From Macrostomum lignano (Eukaryota): a stretch of DNA of 64,000 bases. Shown piece by piece: positions 11,595 to 21,496 of the stretch (the first letter of the stretch is position 1; the number at the start of each line of letters is the position of its first letter). The translations under genes and the position numbers were made by a program. The notes beneath the pieces are model-generated. The model worked only from the letters and a program-made list of their open reading frames with translations, did no database searches and was not told the DNA's origin. The stretch is taken from NCBI GenBank assembly GCA_002269645.1, contig NIVC01000997.1:1-64000 (forward strand). The letters are read 5' to 3'.

Positions 11595-13420
11595 GCTCCG
11601 CCAACAAGACAGTATCATTGCACAGTTCATTGCATTTGACTGCAAGAATAATGGTGTCAATCCTACTGCTTGTTGGCTTGCTTTACTCTGCACTGCTGGT
11701 CAGAGGCATTCACTGGGGCAAGTTAAGTTCACGCACTCAACGTCACACAAAAAGCTTAGCTATCACAAGTCTCTAGGTTTGCTGAAGCTGCTTCAAACCT
11801 CTCTCTCATGGCTGCATACCCTCAGTTTTAGAGTGGAAGAACCTCTGAATCGTGAAAAAGCAGCGAACACGTTATTTCAACCACAATCTCAAGGCCCATT
11901 GATATGCAGCCAACCTGCTATATATTCACCTAATATTTACCTACATTAATTTCACTATTACTTATTAACTTTCATGGCACAACTAAATTGGGATCCGATT
12001 GTATCCGATCCTATTCTGGTTTGCCTTGATCCCAATCTAGTTATGCAATGATCTCAATCTAGTTATGAAAGGATCTCAATTTAGTTATGCAATAATCCCA
12101 TTTTAGTTACGCCAAATGATCCCAATTATGCTAAGCAATGATCTTAGTTCTGTTATGCAATGAACCCAATTAGGCTAAGCAATGATCTCACTTCTGTTAT
12201 GCCACAAACACAATTTAGCTATTGGGTTGGGAACCCAATTGGCTATTGGGAACCCAATCCGATCCTATTCTGGTTTGCCTTGATCCCAACTCGTAGCAGA
12301 AAATTTTCATTACCTTACGGACGCCCCTCTTACTAATCATAATTCTGGTAAACTATGAATCCAATTTTCCATTCTTCAATGATCCCATTCGTATCATGCC
12401 ATGAGCCCAATTTCATTATGCGATAATTCCAATTCTGGTTTGCTATGATCCCAATTTAGTATGCAAGGATCCCAACTTAGTTATGCCAAATGATCCCAAT
12501 TACGCTAAGCAATGATCTTAGTTCTGTTATGCAATGAACCCAATTAGGCTAAGCAATGATCTCACTTCTGTTATGCCACAAACACAATTTAGCTAAGCAA
12601 TGATCTCACTTCTGTTATGCCACAAACACAATTTAGCTAAGCAATGATTTAGGATTGATATATAAAGATTCTGTGAATTTAGGATTGGGATCTAAGAGAT
12701 TCTATGAATTTAGGATTGGGATCTAAGAGATTCTATGAATTTAGGATTGGGATTTAAGAGATTCTATGAATTTAGGATTGGAATCTAATAGATTCTGTGA
12801 ATTTAGCATTGGGATCTAAGAGATTCTGTGAATTTAGGATTGGGATCTAAGAGATTCTAAGAATTTAGCATTGGGATCTAAGAGATTCTATGAATTTAGG
12901 ATTGGGATCTAAGAGATTCTGTGAATTTAGGATTGGGATCTAAGAGATCCCATGAATTTAGGATTGGGATCTAAGAGATTCTTTGAATTTAGGATTGGGA
13001 TCTAAGAGATTCTGTGAATTTAGGATTGGGATCTAAGAGATTCTGTGAACCCAATGAACAAGCAATGAACCCAATTTAGCTAAGCAATGCTCTCAGTTCT
13101 GTAATGCCATAAACCCAATTTAACTAAGCAATGATCTCAGTTCTGTTATGCAATGAACCCAATTTCGCTAAGCAATGATCTCAGTTCTGTTATGCAATGA
13201 ACACAATTTAGCTAATCATTTTGCTTAGCTAATCACTGATCCCAATTCCATTATGATCCCATCTAATTTTAATTTATTAGGTGAATAAAGCAGGATTTAC
13301 CTGATACGTCTCATCGGGCCGTATTATACATATCAGGTTAAACTACTTGTGATGGCTATCGAACTCAGATGCGCTACTGGCAGACAAAAATGCACTCAAG
13401 CATTACTCACGTTAATTGCA
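11595..13420. repeat. Internal duplicated block, copy 1 (unique segment, inverted repeats, GATCCCAAT arrays, 31-bp array, hairpin)
   Basis: 11595-12036 appears identical to 16398-16839; 13230-13420 is diverged relative to 17765-17945. Confidence 0.88.
12650..13047. repeat. 31-bp minisatellite (GAATTTAGGATTGGGATCTAAGAGATTCTGT)
   Basis: Same unit as at 16947-17700. Confidence 0.9.
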
Positions 13421-13441
13421 TCTTTATTAGTCTTTCAAGTC

Positions 13442-14850
13442 CTACTCGTCCATGAAATCATGTGATGGCCCAGGCTTCTCGGACACATTGGGAGCCTTAG
13501 GGGTTGACATAGCGGGGATCTGCTGACTTCTGTTGATATGATCTCGGGAAAATGTCACCTGTGAAATGAAATTTATATATGAATTTAATCAATTTTTTAT
13601 ATTCATATTACTCTTGAATGAATGAATAAACCTAATCTTTAGAGATAAGAGGCCTCATTGAACAAGTTAATAATGAATCTAAGCAGTCAATCACTTATTG
13701 CTTCTTTAGTACGTTCTCTGACACCATATTTCTATTTAACCCACACGTAATACTCGTAAAATCAACTTACCTCTTTGTCCCCAAATCGCACTTTAATTCT
13801 TCGCACCTCATCGAATTGGTCGAACATTCGCTCTGGGTACTGTAATACCATTTCGTCGTCACGGTTAGCATATTTCTCCCGCTGGGAGCTTTGCGTCACC
13901 CGTAGCTCCTCGAAGCACTGTTGGCTAGAAAGCGCATCCTTGTACCACTGGGTAATGTCGGAGACATCAGCAGAGTCTTCTGGCCAATGCTGAATTTCCG
14001 CTTTCGAACATCCGAGACTGATTGTCTGGGAATATTCCTGGACTTGAGCACCATGAATCGCTAGAACGTCGCCCACAGACCAGTCATTCACTTGGGCAGT
14101 AGAGCTGGCCCAAAATGTGCACGACACGGAGGACCCAGACTGATCAACAAGCGTCACTTTCGCCAGGTTGATAAGTTTTCCGGAACCGGTTTTAACTTCC
14201 GTTGGTTTCTGGACAGCAGAAATCGTGCCATAGACGTTAACATTCCTGAGATATGTGAGGCAAAGGGTGAACTTACATGAATGCATTAACTCATTCACTA
14301 AGCAACTTCACTGACTGATTTAAATAAGTTTCCCTAGAAATAATTGGCTAACCTAACATTTAGTGGGAATATATATTCCAAATCCTTTCCATTTTATTTT
14401 TAACAATTGCAACAAGTTAACTTACATTTTCATTTCACAGTCCGAAATCTCTTTTATCTTCTTATAGCTTGGTGCACGTCGAGTGACGGTCTCGAGGGTC
14501 CTCACAATGGTTCCACGTTGGTCAATTGAAACTGTTAGCTCGTGCTCATTGTCCGTAGTGCTGTATTTGGGATCCGCCTTCTTCACCCAGCCGCCGGATA
14601 TGCGGACGGCGACGCCCTCACGACACACCTCCAGGAAAGGCTTAAGATCCTTTCCGAACACGCTTACACGTATATCGCCGGTGTCGTCACAGAGGATAAA
14701 GGAAAACACTTGGCCTGGTCCTCTTTTGCCTTCAAAGTCCGTGATTTTGGACAGCCTCATTACGAGGCCAACGATTGCAGCGTGCATCAGGCCCGGAAGC
14801 AGAGCAGAGATACACGCTTTGCTTTTCTTGGCTCCTTCGGTTGACTCCAT
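13442..14850 (-). CDS. RPA70-like ssDNA-binding protein, two OB folds (DBD-A and DBD-B only); exons 14850-14426, 14245-13771, 13558-13442; 338 aa
   Basis: GQVFSFILCDDTGDIRVSVF resembles RPA70 DBD-A ([20 protein letters not shown]). KVTLVDQSGSSVSCTFW...VLAIHGAQVQEY resembles DBD-B (IYLMDTSGKVVTATLW...VLAIKGARVSDF). GTAAG donors, CAG acceptors, phases 2 and 0 match, no internal stop. Confidence 0.88.
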
Positions 14851-15667
14851 ATTGCTCGATTGATAGTTGCCAAAAATATGGATTATAAAAATTTCACTGA
14901 TAAGGTCTTTACGGTTTGTGGTTTGATAGTTTTAGCATCAAGGCCAATTGTGCCAGTTTATATTGCAGCATTTCGTTTCGGACAACCCTAAATGTGATGA
15001 CTCATGCCAATAGAGGGTGCCATGTAAAGATCAATTTAGATCTGGCTAACCAATCAGAGAGAGTTTTGTTCTAATCCACCCACTGGGCTACTTGTTGTGG
15101 ATTGGCTGGTGATTGCCTTAGCTTTTACGTTCTTTCTTTATGTACACTGTGTGGGGTGTCAGAGTCGAGTGTGGTGCGACTTGTTATGCAATCTGTTTTC
15201 GACACACTTCAATAATAGGACACAAAAAAGATCTTAAATGTACACTGTAATTGGGAAGCCAGTGCGGCGTGTGGCTAACGTGGCTAAAAATAGAGGGTTT
15301 CAAGTCAGCCAATAGCAGTAAACTTTGTATTCAACTAAAGTGATTTCATTAAACTGCCAGTGCAAGCCCCAACCTAGTGCGACTTTTCAGTAATCACAAA
15401 CAGCTAAAGCCTCATGACGCTCACCAATGAAGCCTCACACGATTTTAACTGGGGTTGGGGGTGGCCCTAAGCTGGTATTCATTTTTGCCTAAGCTGAAAC
15501 GGGCTTTAAAAAAATGAAATGAGTTTCATTTCGTTAGCAAGGTTTTCAAACCAATCTCGCTAATCCTTGCTTGACATGAGTGAGCGTATATAAACCAGAG
15601 TGAGCGTACGACACGCTCGTATAATTTCCACTGTATAGTTCCACTGTTTAACTCCACTGTTCCACAA
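14851..15667. promoter_or_regulatory. Putative bidirectional promoter between the RPA-like and zinc-knuckle genes
   Basis: Head-to-head ATGs 817 bp apart; TATATAAA at 15587-15594; CCAAT motifs near 15050, 15310, 15423 and 15551. Confidence 0.45.
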
Positions 15668-15909
15668 ATGAAGTTTACCCAGAACTTCTTTTCCGGCGGC
15701 GGCAGGCGGCGAGGAGGCCGCGGTGGTGGACACCCTAGAAAACCTAGTAAGTCTCATTTCTAAGTCTCATTACTGTAATTAAGTCTTTCGAAACCACCTG
15801 TTGAGTAAAATTGCACTTTCCAAACTTAACAGTGGCCTGTTATCTCTGCGGTGGAGGTCACCCTGTGGCCCGGTGTCCGGACCTGGCCGACATGCGGCTG
15901 CAGCAGCAG

Positions 15910-15992
<83 letters not shown>

Positions 15993-16023
15993 GCCGCAGC
16001 AGCAGCAGCAGCGGAATAATTAA
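15668..16023 (+). CDS. Small Arg/Gly-rich + CCHC zinc-knuckle + polyQ protein; exons 15668-15746, 15833-16023; 89 aa
   Basis: MKFTQNFFSGGGRRRGGRGGGHPRKP|MACYLCGGGHPVARCPDLADMRL-Q31-P-Q5-RNN*. 86-nt phase-1 intron GTAAGT...CTTAACAG; C-X2-C-X3-H-X4-C; AATAAA cluster from 16103. Confidence 0.75.
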
Positions 16024-16397
16024 ATTCAATTTGTTTGTGGAATTAACTTGATATGATTTCTTGATTTTTTTATTTATGTGTTTGAGAATTTAAAGAATTC
16101 TAAATAAATAAAATAAATAATTCTGTTTACTGGATAAATAAGTGTTTCGTGTTGCTTTTTCTTACTCCTAAATGAAAATAAGAAACTTAACTGACACAGC
16201 TCATTGCTATGATCAATTTAGAACCTATAATGAAGTTTTGGAGCTTAATTGAAAGTTTTTAACTAAACAAACATCCATATGAAAGTATGCAAAATAACAT
16301 ATTATAAATAAGGGAATTCAATGACAACTGATGAGTTTAATAATTGCTTTGTGAATACTTACTTACAAAGACAGTAGAGATGATGAATTCGCAGATT

Positions 16398-17945
16398 GCT
16401 CCGCCAACAAGACAGTATCATTGCACAGTTCATTGCATTTGACTGCAAGAATAATGGTGTCAATCCTACTGCTTGTTGGCTTGCTTTACTCTGCACTGCT
16501 GGTCAGAGGCATTCACTGGGGCAAGTTAAGTTCACGCACTCAACGTCACACAAAAAGCTTAGCTATCACAAGTCTCTAGGTTTGCTGAAGCTGCTTCAAA
16601 CCTCTCTCTCATGGCTGCATACCCTCAGTTTTAGAGTGGAAGAACCTCTGAATCGTGAAAAAGCAGCGAACACGTTATTTCAACCACAATCTCAAGGCCC
16701 ATTGATATGCAGCCAACCTGCTATATATTCACCTAATATTTACCTACATTAATTTCACTATTACTTATTAACTTTCATGGCACAACTAAATTGGGATCCG
16801 ATTGTATCCGATCCTATTCTGGTTTGCCTTGATCCCAATTTAGTATGCAAGGATCCCAACTTAGTTATGCCAAATGATCCCAATTACGCTAAGCAATGAT
16901 CTTAGTTCTGTTATGCAATGAACCCAATTAGGCTAAGCAATGATCTAGGATTGATATATAAGATTCTGTGAATTTAGGATTGGGATCTAAGAGACTCTGT
17001 GAATTTAGGATTGGGATCTAAGAGATTCTATGAATTTAGGATTGGGATCTAAGAGATTCAATGAGATTAGGATTGGGATCTAAGAGATTCAATGAATTTA
17101 GGATTGGGATATAAGAGATTCTGTGAATTTAGGATTGGGATCTAAGAGATTCTGTGAATTTAGGATTGGGATCAAAGAGATTCTGTGAATTTAGGATTGG
17201 GATCTAAGAGATTCAATGAATTTAGGATTGGGATCTAAGAGATTCTATGAGATTAGGATTGGGATCTAAGAGATTCTATGAGATTAGGATTGGGATCTAA
17301 GAGATTCTATGAATTTAGGATTGGGATATAAGAGATTCTATGAATTTAGGATTGGGATCTAAGAGATTCTGTGAATTTAGGATTGGGATATAAGAGATTC
17401 TATGAATTTAGGATTGGGATCTAAGAGATTCTGTGAATTTAGGATTGGGATCTAAGAGATTCTGTGAATTTAGGATTGGGATATAAGAGATTCTATGAAT
17501 TTAGGATTGGGATCTAAGAGATTCTGTGAATTTAGGATTGGGATTCAAGAGATTCTATGAATTTAGGATTGGAATCTAAGAGATTCTGTGAATTTAGCAT
17601 TGGGATCTAAGAGATTCTGTGAATTTAGGATTGGGATCTAAGAGATTCTATGAATTTAGCATTGGGATCTAAGAGATTCTATGAATTTAGGATTGGGATC
17701 TGTTATGCTCAGTTCTGTTATGCAATGAACCCAATTTAGCTAATCATTTTGCCTAGGTAATCCCTGATCTCAATTCCATTATGATCCCATCTAATTTGAA
17801 TTTATTAGGTGAATAAAGCAGGATTTGCCTGATATGTCTCAGCGGGCCATTTACATATCAGGATAAACTACTTGTGATCACTATTAAACACAGATACCAA
17901 TGCGACACTCACAGACAAAATGACACAAGTAATACTCACTTCAAT
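16398..17945. repeat. Internal duplicated block, copy 2 (with expanded 31-bp array at 16947-17700)
   Basis: Paralog of 11595-13420, with an internal deletion and a longer array. Confidence 0.88.
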
Positions 17946-17961
17946 GACGCCTGGAAATCGC

Positions 17962-18672
17962 CTAATCTCCAGTGAGCACTTCTGGATACACCACGTTTCT
18001 GGTCTTGGTGCCACAGATCCGGACGCGAACATTCGCGGCGTTCTTCGCCCGTGACAGCGCCGTGTACAGCTGACCATGAGTGAAGCAACCGACAGCCAGG
18101 TCAACTCCAACGGTCTCCAGGGATTGTCCTTGTGCTTTGTGTATTGTAAGGCAGAAGCTCGGCTTCACCGGAAACTGCAGCCGCTTGAAACTCACTGGTA
18201 GATCCGCATTGTTTGGAATCAGCGGAATTCGCGGCAGCAGGATCTCGTCTCCAGTGAACTGACCGGCGGCAATCTTGCAGCGCAGCACATTATCGCCCAT
18301 CGTGAGAACGATGAGCCGTGTACCGTTGCACAGCCGCGGCGGGTTGATATTCCGAAGAAGCACCAGCGGCATGCCCACCTTGATCCTGAGCAGATAAGTT
18401 GGAAAATTCGGGGCATCCAGCTGGTTTAGCAACTCCGTCGGGAAATGCGTAGCGGCCTCCTCATCAGCCAGGCTGTCTACAGAGCGATACTCTCGCAGGC
18501 AACCCGGGAAAATGCCCAGACACGTCTCGTTGATGGCATCAACAGAGTCGTTGTACGGCGCCAGTATCGCTCGACTTGCAAAATAGTCGTCCCGCTCCGC
18601 TGATTTGGGGTGTGGGCTCTCCAGGCCCGTGTGTCCAAATTCCGGGGCAGAGGGCTCACAATGTACACTGGT
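17962..18672 (-). CDS. Helitron-type PIF1 helicase, last exon only (236 codons)
   Basis: Acceptor TTTTTTTCACTGGCTGGCGCAG, then an open frame: RAILAPYNDSVDAINE...LRIKVGMPLVLLRNINPPRLCNGTRL...RLQFPVKPSFCLTIHKAQGQSLETVGVDLAVGCFTHGQLYTALSR...TRNVVYPEVL*. These are the C-terminal Pif1 motifs and the typical Helitron helicase C-terminus. Confidence 0.9.
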   Translation of the reverse strand, partial: TSVHCEPSAPEFGHTGLESPHPKSAERDDYFASRAILAPYNDSVDAINETCLGIFPGCLREYRSVDSLADEEAATHFPTELLNQLDAPNFPTYLLRIKVGMPLVLLRNINPPRLCNGTRLIVLTMGDNVLRCKIAAGQFTGDEILLPRIPLIPNNADLPVSFKRLQFPVKPSFCLTIHKAQGQSLETVGVDLAVGCFTHGQLYTALSRAKNAANVRVRICGTKTRNVVYPEVLTGD

Positions 18673-18857
18673 CTGCGCCAGCCAGTGAAAAAAACTGTGA
18701 ATGTAATCTATTTATGACTGTCTCGCCAGTGGGGTTGATACAGCTATGTACTTTTGACATAGTGAAATTCTTATCAGAGTTACCAGTATCACTGATATCA
18801 GTGATATCATCAATATCAGTGATAATCAGTATCACTTTTAACAAAACTGGTTTTGCA

Positions 18858-19285
18858 ATGATTCAAACTCTGGTTTAGCCATGATTCAAACTCTGGTTTA
18901 GCCATGATTCAAACTCTGGTTTAGCCATGATTCAAACTCTGGTTTAGCCATGATTCAAACTCTGGTTTAGCCATGAGTCAGACTCTCGTTTAGCCATGAT
19001 TCAAACTCTGGTTTAGCCATGATTCAAACTCTGGTTTAGCCATGAGTCAGACTCTCGTTTAGCCATGATTCAAACTCTGGTTTTGCCATGATTCAAACTT
19101 TGGTTTAGCCATGATTCAAACAATGGTTTAGCCATGATTCAAACACTGGTTTTAGCCATGATTCAGACTCTGGTTTAGCCATGATTCAAACACTGGTTTT
19201 AGCCATGATTCAGACTCTGGTTTAGCCATGATTTAAACTCTGGTTTAGCCATGATTTAAACTCTGGTTTAGTCTGATTCAAGCTC
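18858..19285. repeat. 23-bp minisatellite (CCATGATTCAAACTCTGGTTTAG)
   Basis: Units at 18878, 18901 and onward. Confidence 0.9.
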
Positions 19286-20027
19286 TATTTTTGCAATGAT
19301 TCAAAGTCAGATAATATTTTATTTACGAAGTGAATGAAAAAAATAAATTTAAATAATCTTCAATCACTACTGGCTGAAATTTGACGCAGTGCAGAATCGA
19401 ACCCTAGCCGAGCCTATAACCAATTCCTAGTGCCTACACATCGGCTATTCCATCATCTACAGTAGCAGTCCAGTCTGTTCGCATCTTTCTTGGCTATCTC
19501 TTTTCAATTGGAGAACATGAATTGTGGCCCTTATAATTCAATTCTTACAGCAAGTCAATTGGAGTAAAAAATTATGACATAATCAATTTCTCAGTCAGCC
19601 AGAATCAGTCTCAATTTAAGTTGGCAATATGGTTACGCAATTTCATTCAAGTTTTGTGTGCATTTGTTCGGCACTGTTTTCAACTTGTTGTGATGCAATC
19701 TTTATCAAAATCGGAATTCAGTCAGTCAGTTTTTTCTCTAGCATTCTTACAATGCATTTCAGGTCGAAAGAGCTGCTTGACCTTTGCAAAAAATCATGTT
19801 TTTCGAATATTTAATCCCTTTAACATTGAGCAATTTCTTAGCCAATATGCATGTACCGTCCCGGGAAAATTTCTGATCGAATGGTGCAAGTTTGAAGAAA
19901 ATCGGTTGAGCCGTTCGGGAGAAAATCAATTACAAGCAAGCAACCAAGCATTTCATTTTTAGTATATAGGATTGAATTGATTTTGTGCCTTTTTTGGTAG
20001 TGTATAGTATTGTACCCTGGCGTAAGT

Positions 20028-20965
20028 ACCTTCTCAGATCCTCAGTTGCTGGGCCAGCCTCCCAGATCCTCAGCTACTGGGCCAGCCTCCCAGATCTTCA
20101 GCTACTGGGCCAGCCTCCCAGATCCCCAGTTGCTGGGCCAGCCTCCCAGAGTGTCAGTTGCTGGGCCAGCCTCCCAGATCCTCAGTTGCTGGGCCAGCCT
20201 CCCAGATCCTCAGTTGCTGGACCAGCCTCCCAGATCCTCAGTTGCTGGACCAGCCTCCCAGATCCTCAGTTGCTGGACCAGCCTCCCAGATCCTCAGTTG
20301 CTGGACCAGCCTCCCAGATCCTTAGCTACTGGGCCAGCCTCCCAGATCCTCAGTTGCTGGGCCAGCCGCCCAGAAGGTCAGTTGCAGGGCCAGCCTCCCA
20401 AATCCTCAGTTGCTGGACCAGCCTCCCAAATCCTCAGTTGCTGGGCCAGCCTCCCAAATCCTCAGTTGCTGGGCCAGCCTCCCAGATCCTCAGTTGCTGG
20501 GCCAGCCGCCCAGAAGGTCAGTTGCAGGGCCAGCCTCCCAAATCCTCAGTTGCTGGGCCAGCCTCCCAAATCCTCAGTTGCTGGGCCAGCCTCCCAAATC
20601 CTCAGTTGCTGGGCCAGCCTCCCAAATCCTCAGTTGCTGGGCCAGTCGCCCAGAAGGTCAGTTGCAGGGCCAGCCTCCCAAATCCTCAGTTGCTGGACCA
20701 GCCTCCCAAATCCTCAGTTGTTGGACCAGCCTCCCAAATCCTCAGTTGCTGGGCCAGCCTCCCCCAAATCCTCAGTTGCAGGGCCAGCCTCCCAAATCCT
20801 CAGTTGCTGGGCCAGCCTCCCAAATCCTCAGTTGCTGGGCCAGTCGCCCAGAAGGTCAGTTGCAGGGCCAGCCTCCCAAATCCTCAGTTGTTGGACCAGC
20901 CTCCCAGATCCTCAGTTGCTGGGCCAGCCTCCCCCAGATCCTCAGTTGCTGGGCCAGTCGCCACT
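20028..20965. repeat. 28-bp minisatellite (CCTCCCAGATCCTCAGTTGCTGGGCCAG)
   Basis: Tandem array at the 3' end of VPS53 intron 1; source of the spurious 341-aa and 338-aa ORFs. Confidence 0.92.
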
Positions 20966-21052
20966 CCCTCCAGATCCTTGGGTTGTCAAAGTAGACAGAG
21001 ACACCTATAATTATTTTACTATTTAATCAATGCAACCTTTTAATAAATCCAG

Positions 21053-21394
21053 GGTGAATCCGCATCGAGTCAGTCAGCCGCAGCCACCAACGACGACGGC
21101 GGCAGCAGCGACCTCACAGACGACAGTTGCACGGCCATCGACGCGGCTCGAGCCGCCATAGCCGACCTGTTTGATCGGATGCGAGACATCAAAGAACGCG
21201 CCGACCGCTCGGAGGCCGCAGTGCTGGACCTGACTAGGGACATCCGCAGATTAGACACGGCTAAACGGAACCTGACTGGCAGTATTACGGCGCTTAATCA
21301 GGTTGTCATTTTGATTAATGGCGTCGACGAAATGAAAGCGCTGATGCTGAGAAATGATCGACCCTACGATGCGTTGGCTCAGTGCCTTGGCAAG
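21053..21394 (+). CDS. VPS53: VPS53 exon 2
   Basis: ...IADLFDRMRDIKERADRSEAAVLDLTRDIRRLDTAKRNLTGSITALNQV; AG 21051-21052, GT 21395. Confidence 0.92.
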
Positions 21395-21496
21395 GTGAAT
21401 ATTCTATCTTAGTGTAAGGTACTGGTTAGTTTACTCCGTCTGAGAGAAGATGTATTCACCATTGGAGCAGGTGGTGAGGCAAGGGCGAAAATTTGG

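Larger units (their letters stand above)
10192..19971 (-). mobile_element. ~9.8-kb non-autonomous Helitron carrying a PIF1 exon, an RPA70-like gene and a zinc-knuckle/polyQ gene; antisense in VPS53 intron 1
   Basis: 5' TC at 19971-19970 preceded by A. 3' CTAG at 10195-10192 followed by T. GC-rich hairpin TTTGCCCCCC-TTC-GGGGAGCAGAA 6-7 nt from the CTAG. Helicase and RPA genes are co-oriented with these ends. Confidence 0.72.

Noticed and set aside
11191-11950. Short ORFs (99 aa and 118 aa) and partly open frames in and next to the duplicated block
   Set aside because: No recognisable motif, and the two copies favour different frames; possibly a decayed gene but unsupported
15801-16051. PolyA, polyL and polyS ORFs over the CAG tract
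   Set aside because: Alternative frames of the same (CAG/CAA)n; only the polyQ frame carries the knuckle and joins the upstream exon
17820-17870. Hairpin as a hammerhead ribozyme
   Set aside because: The CUGAUGA and GAAA core with three stems could not be assembled on either strand
9781-19971. ~400-bp direct repeats as LTRs of a retroelement
   Set aside because: Only ~80% similar, no TG...CA ends, no gag/pol; the ends fit Helitron 5'-TC termini
19985-21026. 341-aa and 338-aa Pro/Gln/Ser-rich ORFs
   Set aside because: Translations of a 28-bp minisatellite open in several frames, inside VPS53 intron 1
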